Source: Caedimonas varicaedens (GTDB lineage Bacteria > Pseudomonadota > Alphaproteobacteria > Caedimonadales > Caedimonadaceae). Taken from it: 24,481 bases of DNA. Below the pieces are notes generated by a model. That model worked only from the letters and a program-made list of their open reading frames with translations. It did not search any database and was not told the DNA's origin. Position numbers and translations under genes: made by a program. Each line of letters begins with the position of its first letter. Position 1 is the stretch's first letter. Where the stretch lies: assembly GCA_001192655.1 (NCBI GenBank), contig BBVC01000015.1:1-24481 (forward strand). The letters are read 5' to 3'. This document shows positions 16,138 to 23,043 of this stretch, in pieces.

Positions 16138-17946
16138 TTATCGTTTTTCTGTCGACCACCAATTCGAGAAATAAAGCCCCACATCTGGGTTTATATCAGG
16201 ATGGCCGAATTTATTCCAATATGCCAGATAAATTTTATTGGTGTGGTAAAGGGGGATCGTGTAATAACCCCACAACAAGGCACGATCAAGAGCGTGAATT
16301 GCTGTCGTTAAACCGGCGCGATCCCGAGCTGCGACAAGCTTCTCGCAGAGGGCGTCAATGGCTACTGACTTAATCCCGGGCGCATTTCGGTTGCCGGGTT
16401 CGTCAGCTCCTTTGCTTCCCCAATAATACTGTTGCTCAGTTCCAGGCGACATCGTATGTCCCCATAGCCAAATGGTCATATCATAATCGTAATCCCGTAT
16501 ACGATTTTCAAACTGTGCGGAGTCAAGTGTGCGGATCGTCGCGCTAATCCCCAAATGTTTCAGGTTACGCAGGAAAGAGAGGGCAATTTTCTCATCATCA
16601 GCACGATAAAGCAGAATTTCAAATTTAAAGGGCTTTCCTGTTTTTTGATGCGTCAACACCCCTTTCTTAATCACCCATCCGGCTTCTTTCAAAAGCTCGG
16701 TTGCTTTTTTAAGATTATCACGCATTTGATTTTGGCTTCCTCCCACAGGAAGATGGAATTCTGTCTGAAAAAGTTCAGGAGGCAATTCATTTTTATAAAG
16801 AGCAAGTAATGCCAGCTCTTCGCCCTGAGGCAGCCCGTGACAAGCAAGAGTTGTGTTCGCAAAATAGCTTTCTGTCCGCTTATAGGAATTTTTAAAGAGG
16901 GTTCTATTAAGCCATTCAAAATCAAACGCGTAGGTCAGAGCCTGACGCACACGAGGGTCTGCAAAGAAATCTCTCCGTGTATTAAAAACGAATCCCTTCA
17001 TTCCCACAGGACGTGCATGTTCATATTCTACTTTTATCACACGCCCATCTTTAGCCGCAGCAAAATCGTATTCTTTTGGTTCTTGTTCAGATCTCACATC
17101 CACTTGACCTACTTTAAAGGCTTCGAATTCCACTTTCCCATTACGATAATATTCGAAGTGAATCTCATCAAAGTTAAAGCGTCCCCGATTGACAGGCAGA
17201 TTTGCGCCCCAATAATCCGGACGACGTTTGTAGCGAATGGAATGGCCAGGCTTAACTTCGGCAATAGTATAAGGTCCTGATCCCAGAATTGGTTCCATCG
17301 TTAACTTTTCAAAATCTCTACCTTCCAGAGCATGCTTGGGCAAAACAGTCATGAGGGCAAGCAACATTGGCGCTTCCGGATCATAGCCTCCTTCGCTTTG
17401 TGGTTTAAATACAAACTTCACCGCACGCTCTGAAAGCTTTTCTACACGCTCAACCTTTGAATAATAGAGCTGTAAATTAGGGGGGCCTTTTTCTTTAAGC
17501 GTTTTATGTGAAAAAATAACATCCTCAGCCGTGATGGGTTGACCGTCTGCCCATTTGGCCTGGGGATTAAGATTAAAAATGATTGAAGAACGATCGGGTG
17601 CCATTTCTGCCGTCTCAGCAATCATTCCATACAACGAGAAAGGCTCATCTGCCGCCCGCGACATCAAGTGTTCATAAACCAGGCGCTCGCTATAAAGGCT
17701 CAGTCCTGCGGGTGGCGTTCCCTTAAGGACAAAAGGGTTAAGCGTATTATAGGTACCTACAACAGGAAATTTAATTTTTCCCCCTTTTGGAGCATCAGGG
17801 TTGACATAATCAAAATGTTTAAAGTCTTTGGGATACTTCAAATCCCCATGCATTGAAATCCCATGCGTCCCTTCAGCCCTGCATTCAAAACAATACAAAA
17901 ATGTCAGAACTAGAAAAGAGAGCAAGAAAAAGATTTTTTTCATCAT
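16138..17946 (-). CDS. ABC-transporter family-5 periplasmic solute-binding protein, YejA-like (peptide/microcin-type)
   Basis: The large ORF has SBP_bac_5-like sequence throughout. The likely start is the ATGATG at 17946 (MMKKIFFLLSFLVLTFLYCFECRAEG, a signal peptide), rather than the track start 17994. No permease or ATPase genes are adjacent. Confidence 0.8.
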   Translation of the reverse strand: MMKKIFFLLSFLVLTFLYCFECRAEGTHGISMHGDLKYPKDFKHFDYVNPDAPKGGKIKFPVVGTYNTLNPFVLKGTPPAGLSLYSERLVYEHLMSRAADEPFSLYGMIAETAEMAPDRSSIIFNLNPQAKWADGQPITAEDVIFSHKTLKEKGPPNLQLYYSKVERVEKLSERAVKFVFKPQSEGGYDPEAPMLLALMTVLPKHALEGRDFEKLTMEPILGSGPYTIAEVKPGHSIRYKRRPDYWGANLPVNRGRFNFDEIHFEYYRNGKVEFEAFKVGQVDVRSEQEPKEYDFAAAKDGRVIKVEYEHARPVGMKGFVFNTRRDFFADPRVRQALTYAFDFEWLNRTLFKNSYKRTESYFANTTLACHGLPQGEELALLALYKNELPPELFQTEFHLPVGGSQNQMRDNLKKATELLKEAGWVIKKGVLTHQKTGKPFKFEILLYRADDEKIALSFLRNLKHLGISATIRTLDSAQFENRIRDYDYDMTIWLWGHTMSPGTEQQYYWGSKGADEPGNRNAPGIKSVAIDALCEKLVAARDRAGLTTAIHALDRALLWGYYTIPLYHTNKIYLAYWNKFGHPDINPDVGLYFSNWWSTEKR

Positions 17947-18161
17947 GATTTTCCAATTGATAAGGTGGACAATATGTAACGATGTGTCAGACATACAAAA
18001 AATTTCTCTCCTAGGTCAAGTCCTATCCATCTGATGGATGTTACTTTGATGAATTTATAAACATTCTATTTTTCTTTTGAAAATATTTCTAAAACTCCTT
18101 AAAGTTATAATAATTGCTCAATAGATATTTATTAAAATTAAATAAAAAACAGGGGACGAGC

Positions 18162-19700
18162 TTGAAAAAAAATATTAACTGCCTTCTGCTCGTCCTCTTT
18201 TTTTTCCTCTCTTTTCTTCCCCTGGCACAAGGCAAGGAATTAAAACAGAATGTCTTGCGTGGGGGATGGTACCTTTGGGATCCCTATCAATTCATTGAAA
18301 AAGGTCAAGGATATACTCAATTAAACGGTTTGGATATCAATTTGGAGAGAGCCATTGCGAAGCATGCCGGCTATGAAATTCACTTCGAACAAGTGGCATG
18401 GAAACAACATCTCGCCGATCTTGCGGCGGGAACGCGAGATATTGCTGCCGGCGCTACCTACACTCCTCAACGTGAAAAATTTGCTTATTTTTCAGAACCC
18501 TACCGGGAAGAAAGCAACAGCCTGTTTACTCTTAAGCAATCTACAAAAAAACTTATATTTTCGAATGCTGATGAGTTCCTTGAAAAAGTCAAAAATACAA
18601 AATTCAAGTTGGGTGTTGTTGATGGATACGTGTATGTCGATCCCAAAATAAATGCTTTTATCGCTAATCCCGAAAATCGCCCCCAAATCTTTCCTGTCGA
18701 TAATACTTACGATAACCTTGAAAAACTATCAAACGGAGAAATTGATGGATTCCTCGCAGACCGCATTGACGGAGCAACAGCCTCCTGGCGTTCAAATTAC
18801 CGTGAAAAAATCACTGAGCAAGTCATTGGCAGCGTCCCGATTCATCTTATGTTCAGCAAAAAAACAATGACACCTGAAATTGTTGCCGCCTTCAATAAAG
18901 CCATACAACAGGTCAAAAGTTCAGGTGAATACGATTCAATCGTACGTTCTTATCTGTTCCCTATCCTCTTGATGCAAACTATAGATCGTGATTGGTTCAC
19001 TGTCATTGATATCATTGGAACAGTTGCCTTTGCCATCTCAGGGTTGATTATTGCCTATCGTGAACGGGCGAGTTTCTTTAAGGCAACACTTTTGGCAGCT
19101 CTTCCGGCAGTAGGCGGTGGAATAATTCGCGACCTCATTGCCGGACGCAGTCCCATAGGAGTTTTAAGAACACCTATCTATATCATTGCTATTCTTTTAA
19201 CGATTTTAGTCGCTTATATTCTGATTCACTTAGGTGCGTTGTTTTTTTCCCGTCTACAGAAAAAAATAGCGAAACAAGTTATCGTGCCACAACATGCAAA
19301 AAAGTTGAGCTTATTTATTGATATTTTTGATGCTTTGGGATTGGCCGCTTTTACCGTTATTGGCGTCACGGTGGCTTTTTCGTCCAAAAGTGACCCTCTA
19401 TGGTTGTGGGGACCCATTTTTGCGGTTATTACAGGCGTGGGGGGTGGTATTGCCCGCGATTTGCTTCGAGATGACGGCATTATCTGGGCACTGAAAGGAG
19501 AATTCTACGCTGAGGTTCCCTTTATCTGGGGAATGTTGCTGACTTCCTACCTTGTGCTGGATAAAAGATATTCTTCCCCTGAAGTTATTTTTTATGCTGT
19601 TGTTTTTACCTTGATAGGGGGGTTTCTGACCCGCTTGCTCATTATTTGGTTCCAGATAAAACCACCCTATTTCCGGCCAATCATCGAAGAAAATAAATAG
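18162..19700 (+). CDS. fusion protein: signal peptide + family-3 (amino-acid-type) solute-binding domain + TRIC/UPF0126 (YadS/YicG-like) 7-TM channel-like domain
   Basis: One uninterrupted ORF. The N-terminal half has SBP_bac_3 features (GLDINLERAIAKHAGYEIHFEQVAWKQHLADLAAGTRDIAAGATYTPQREKFAYFSEPY, KLGVVDGYVY, GEIDGFLADRIDG). The C-terminal ~240 aa have the two UPF0126 repeats with Gly-rich motifs AVGGGIIRDLIAG and GVGGGIARDLLRDD. The preferred start is TTG 18162 (LKKNINCLLLVLFFFLSFLPLAQG) with GGGGA 5 nt upstream; the track start is TTG 18114. Confidence 0.8.
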   Translation: MKKNINCLLLVLFFFLSFLPLAQGKELKQNVLRGGWYLWDPYQFIEKGQGYTQLNGLDINLERAIAKHAGYEIHFEQVAWKQHLADLAAGTRDIAAGATYTPQREKFAYFSEPYREESNSLFTLKQSTKKLIFSNADEFLEKVKNTKFKLGVVDGYVYVDPKINAFIANPENRPQIFPVDNTYDNLEKLSNGEIDGFLADRIDGATASWRSNYREKITEQVIGSVPIHLMFSKKTMTPEIVAAFNKAIQQVKSSGEYDSIVRSYLFPILLMQTIDRDWFTVIDIIGTVAFAISGLIIAYRERASFFKATLLAALPAVGGGIIRDLIAGRSPIGVLRTPIYIIAILLTILVAYILIHLGALFFSRLQKKIAKQVIVPQHAKKLSLFIDIFDALGLAAFTVIGVTVAFSSKSDPLWLWGPIFAVITGVGGGIARDLLRDDGIIWALKGEFYAEVPFIWGMLLTSYLVLDKRYSSPEVIFYAVVFTLIGGFLTRLLIIWFQIKPPYFRPIIEENK

Positions 19701-19743
19701 AATCACATAGAATATTCTCGCAAGAGCTTATTCCAAAGCCAAA

Positions 19744-20514
19744 TTAAATTCCCAAAACGTCCTGCATTGTGTAAACGCCCGGCTTTTTGTCTTCCAGCCA
19801 GAATGCAGCCTTGAGGGCTCCTTTCGCAAAGACTTCCCGATTGAGAGCACGATGAGAAAGCGTCAGAGTTTCTTCATCAGATATAAAAAATACTTGATGA
19901 TCACCTGCAATATTGCCACCTCGCAAAACTGCAAATCCAATTTCATCCTTGAAACGAGGCGAACTGCGATGTGTTCGATCAAAACAGGCATTTCCGCTAA
20001 AAGGAATATTTCTCCCCTTTGCGGCTGCGTTTCCCAAGGCAAGTGCTGTTCCTGAAGGAGCATCGGTCTTATAACGATGATGCGCTTCCAAAACTTCAAT
20101 ATCAAAACTTGTATCAAGAATTGCAGCCATCTGTTCTGTCAGCTTGGTCATAAGCGCCAACCCAAGGCTCATGTTAGGCGCATAGACAATGGGGATATGC
20201 TTTCCTGCTTCTTTTATCAAACAGCGATGGGCATCAATAAGCCCTGTGGTTCCTATAACCATTGGTTTTTTTAATTCCATTGCCGATTCAAGGTGATCCT
20301 GCAATGCCTCAGGTTTTGTAAAATCAATGACGATGTCCGAATGACTAAAAACTTTCTGAATATGAGTTGTGATCGGTATATCTGGCAAATCAAGCCCCGT
20401 ACATTTCTGATAATGAATGCCAACAACCGACAATTGAGCTTCTGAATTTTCTAAAACCTTTTGGATAACAAGTCGCCCCATGCGTCCCGCTCCCCCTAAT
20501 ACGCCGATCTTCAT
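19744..20514 (-). CDS. dapB: 4-hydroxy-tetrahydrodipicolinate reductase
   Basis: MKIGVLGGAGRMGR is the Rossmann N-terminus. The EAHHRYKTDAPSGTA motif is present. ATG at 20514 is preceded by GGAGG 8 nt upstream; the 5-codon TTG extension in the track is unlikely. Confidence 0.93.
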   Translation of the reverse strand: MKIGVLGGAGRMGRLVIQKVLENSEAQLSVVGIHYQKCTGLDLPDIPITTHIQKVFSHSDIVIDFTKPEALQDHLESAMELKKPMVIGTTGLIDAHRCLIKEAGKHIPIVYAPNMSLGLALMTKLTEQMAAILDTSFDIEVLEAHHRYKTDAPSGTALALGNAAAKGRNIPFSGNACFDRTHRSSPRFKDEIGFAVLRGGNIAGDHQVFFISDEETLTLSHRALNREVFAKGALKAAFWLEDKKPGVYTMQDVLGI

Positions 20515-20625
20515 ACCCTTTACCTCCAAAAGTTTTTTTTAAAATTACAGGGTGTCCGTCAATAGGTCAACCAATTGAATCACTTTTAGCATCTACGACA
20601 AGTTTTAATATAACAAGAATCAGAC

Positions 20626-20653
20626 TTGACGTTTATGCTAAAATCGCTAAGGT
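20626..20653 (+). promoter_or_regulatory. candidate promoter for the tRNA(CAU) gene
   Basis: TTGACG at 20626-20631, a 16-nt spacer, TAAGGT at 20648-20653, ending 10 nt before the tRNA 5' end. This is a pattern match only. Confidence 0.3.
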
Positions 20654-20663
20654 TCAGCCTGTG

Positions 20664-20740
20664 GGGCCTGTAGTTCAGTTGGTTAGAACGCACCGCTCAT
20701 AACGGTGTTGTCGCAGGTTCGAGTCCTGCCGGGCCCACCA
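20664..20740 (+). tRNA. tRNA with CAU anticodon (elongator tRNA-Met, or tRNA-Ile2 if lysidine-modified); CCA encoded
   Basis: Hand-folded cloverleaf: acceptor GGGCCTG/CGGGCCC, D stem GTTC/GAAC, anticodon stem CACCG/CGGTG with loop CTCATAA, 5-nt variable loop, T stem GCAGG/CCTGC with TTCGAGT, discriminator A, CCA. Position 1-72 is paired and the anticodon stem lacks the GGG/CCC run, so it is not an initiator. Confidence 0.9.
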
Positions 20741-20804
20741 ACATACTATTTTTTAATCTGTTGAAATACTGTAGCATTTTACATATTTTTAAAAAGAGAG
20801 ATTC

Positions 20805-21422
20805 ATGGGGAACTTATCCAAACAACTATTTTTGTGTTTATTATTTATTTTATGTAACCAAACTTTAGTCAAAGCGGGAGATATAGAACGTCTACAGAAA
20901 ATGCTGGATACACAAAAACGTTCTAATCCCCTGGATCTTCCCAATCATGATTTCCGCGCTCAATCCTTTGATGCTCAAGAGACGCTATCTTTTGTGAACT
21001 CAAATTTTCAAAATGGTAATTTCTCAGGAACTGTTGATAATCCCAAACGGATTAACAATATTGATTTTTCAGAATGTAACCTTGGAAATGCGAATTTTTC
21101 TTATTGTATCATTACGCATTGCAAATTTAACGATGCTCAATTAAAAGGCGTTAAATTTGAGGGATCAACAATAAAATTTACCTCTTTTCGCAGAGCTATT
21201 ATGCCTGAAGCAAATTTAAATCTCACCCAGCAAGAATCTGTGGGTTATGACGAAGCCAATATTACCTGTTCAACATGGGCAGGTGCTGATCTATTTCGCG
21301 TCAGTTTTACACGCACAGATGAACGAGGGATGGATAAGACAGACTTAAAAGAAAGAGACTGTTCTCATGAATACGCAGTGACAACAGGATTGTTTGATTC
21401 TTTCAGTTGTAAGAAAAAATAA
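20805..21422 (+). CDS. pentapeptide-repeat protein with N-terminal signal peptide
   Basis: The 205-aa ORF begins MGNLSKQLFLCLLFILCNQTLVKA/GD. The centre, NFQNGNFSGT...IDFSECNLGNANFSYCIITHCKFNDAQLKGVKFEGSTIKFTSFRRAIMPEANLNL...ANITCSTWAGADLFRVSFTRTD, shows the 5-residue A(D/N)LXX periodicity. Confidence 0.8.
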   Translation: MGNLSKQLFLCLLFILCNQTLVKAGDIERLQKMLDTQKRSNPLDLPNHDFRAQSFDAQETLSFVNSNFQNGNFSGTVDNPKRINNIDFSECNLGNANFSYCIITHCKFNDAQLKGVKFEGSTIKFTSFRRAIMPEANLNLTQQESVGYDEANITCSTWAGADLFRVSFTRTDERGMDKTDLKERDCSHEYAVTTGLFDSFSCKKK

Positions 21423-21447
21423 AAGTTCCGAAAAAGAGAGGAACAAA

Positions 21448-22269
21448 GTGCCTGAATTGCCTGAAGTAGAAATTGTTTGTCGCGAAATGCGACAAGCTCT
21501 TTTAACGCAAACAATTCAAAAAGTAGAGGTAAGAGAACGTCGTCTGAGATTTCTCATCCCTCCTGCCTTTGAGAAAAATCTTGAACATTTAACAATTTCC
21601 TCTCTTCAGCGTCGCGCCAAATATATTCTTGTGGGGTTTCAGGGAACTTCTGATACACTCGTGATTCACTTAGGAATGTCCGGACGTATTTCTCTTCTTT
21701 CTTCTGCTGAGTCTACCTTATGCCATAAACACGAACATGTTATTTTTACCTTCACGTCAGGAAAAGAAATGCGTTTTTTTGATCCGCGCCGTTTTGGGTC
21801 AATGGTTCTGATGACAACGCCAACATCTCTTTTCCATAAAATAGGTCCTGAACCCTTGTCTGAGGACTTTAGTGTAATTACGTTAAAAGACAGCCTTTTA
21901 AACAAAAAAAGTTCGATTAAATCAGCGCTTCTCAATCAGCATATAATCGCCGGACTTGGAAATATTTATGTTTCCGAGGCGCTGCACAAAGCACAGATTC
22001 ATCCCGAACGATTGGCAAAAGATTTAAATCTCTATGAATGCGATGCTTTGGTTTCAGCGATTAAAAAAATCTTGCAAAGGGCTATTGCTGCAGGAGGTTC
22101 TACTTTGCGAGATCATCAACGTACCAACGGAGAAGCTGGCTCTTTTCAAAAACAGTTCGCCGTCTATAATCAGGAAGGAAAGAATTGTCCGAACTGTCAG
22201 GAAAGTGTGATTGAGCGCATCCTTCAGGCTAACCGATCGACTTACTTTTGTAAAAAATGCCAGCACTAG
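21448..22269 (+). CDS. mutM: formamidopyrimidine-DNA glycosylase
   Basis: GTG 21448 gives (M)PELPEVE. Fpg needs Pro as the residue after the initiator Met, and GAGAGG lies 6 nt upstream. The H2TH region and C-terminal zinc finger CPNC...CKKCQ are present. The track start 21394 would bury the catalytic Pro. Confidence 0.93.
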   Translation: MPELPEVEIVCREMRQALLTQTIQKVEVRERRLRFLIPPAFEKNLEHLTISSLQRRAKYILVGFQGTSDTLVIHLGMSGRISLLSSAESTLCHKHEHVIFTFTSGKEMRFFDPRRFGSMVLMTTPTSLFHKIGPEPLSEDFSVITLKDSLLNKKSSIKSALLNQHIIAGLGNIYVSEALHKAQIHPERLAKDLNLYECDALVSAIKKILQRAIAAGGSTLRDHQRTNGEAGSFQKQFAVYNQEGKNCPNCQESVIERILQANRSTYFCKKCQH

Positions 22270-22314
22270 AAAGCAGGGAAGGTATTTCCAAATTTTGGAA
22301 AAAAAGGTATAAGC

Positions 22315-22342
22315 TTGCGCTTAAATGTAATTCAGGTATAAA
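22315..22342 (+). promoter_or_regulatory. candidate promoter for tRNA-Arg
   Basis: TTGCGC at 22315-22320, a 16-nt spacer, TATAAA at 22337-22342, ending 16 nt before the tRNA 5' end. This is a pattern match only. Confidence 0.3.
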
Positions 22343-22358
22343 AAAGTATTCATTACAG

Positions 22359-22435
22359 GCGCCCGTAGCTCAGCTGGATAGAGCGTTGCCCTCCGGAGGC
22401 AAAGGCCAGGGGTTCGAATCCCTTCGGGCGCGCCA
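22359..22435 (+). tRNA. tRNA-Arg (anticodon CCG), CCA encoded
   Basis: Hand-folded: acceptor GCGCCCG/CGGGCGC, D stem GCTC/GAGC, anticodon stem TTGCC/GGCAA with loop CTCCGGA, T stem AGGGG/CCCTT with TTCGAAT, discriminator G, CCA. Confidence 0.92.
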
Positions 22436-22559
22436 TTCTAAAGCTTAGATTTTCTATAAGAACAGCGCCTATGTCATGGATATAAAAGAAAACAGGAGTA
22501 ATGCATCATCGCCTGCTGCCAGCAGAATAAACATACATGAACGGCAACTGTTAATTTGG

Positions 22560-22888
22560 CTAAAATCTGAATAAGGGTGTGTTGGTTTGTCTGTGGCATT
22601 TTCCCAAAAAACTCAGCTTCAATTTGACGATAGGCACCAAGGTGTGGATGAGCGCTTTACCCTTATTCGTAAGAGATGCGTTTTTAGCGCGCGTATCAGT
22701 TTCGTGTTCTACGCGTCTCACCAGTTCCAGTGCTACGAGCTTCTCCAGAGATTTAGACACTGTCATCTTATCAAGCTTAGACTAGTTGACGATGAGATTT
22801 TGGGATGAGGTTATTTCTCTTTTTGAGAGGGCTCTTTGCAGGCTTGTTGGGACTGAACCCTAGAAATCACAGAATAGTTTATCCTCAT
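22560..22888 (-). pseudogene. decayed MarR-family transcriptional regulator
   Basis: The 68-aa ORF (22560-22766) is only the recognition helix and wing of a MarR wHTH (TVSKSLEKLVALELVRRVEHETDTRAKNASLTNKGKAL). The same frame continues upstream as ...VPTSLQRALSKREITSSQNLIVN*SKLDKM, so an in-frame TAG lies inside the HTH. A further TAG lies upstream, and the only ATG (22888) is in another frame. Both the N- and C-terminal regions are shorter than a normal MarR. Confidence 0.55.
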
Positions 22889-23043
22889 AAGAGATAATTT
22901 GAAATTACCGATGGGTTTCGGTCATTTAATTGCCATTATATATAAAGTTATAAATAGTAAAATATTTTATATATACACTAATAATTAATAAATGAAGTAT
23001 AATATTAAATAATAGTGTGGTCTATTTATTTTTGGAGGCAGAA

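Noticed and set aside
18025-18039. Palindrome ATCCAT-CTG-ATGGAT in the divergent region between the YejA-like and SBP-TRIC genes
   Set aside because: A short 6-bp arm in AT-rich intergenic DNA is expected by chance. It has no positional relation to a recognisable promoter, so I did not report it as a feature.
21394-21447. N-terminal extensions proposed by the ORF track (mutM from 21394, dapB to 20529, YejA-like to 17994, SBP-TRIC from 18114)
   Set aside because: In each case a downstream start has a better Shine-Dalgarno and gives the expected N-terminus. These are Pro2 for Fpg, MKIGVLGGAGRMG for DapB, and signal peptides for the two binding proteins. The extensions use TTG starts and, for mutM, overlap the preceding gene.
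22257-22448. 63-aa ORF
   Set aside because: It is read straight through the tRNA-Arg gene (22359-22435). The tRNA cloverleaf fully explains the sequence.
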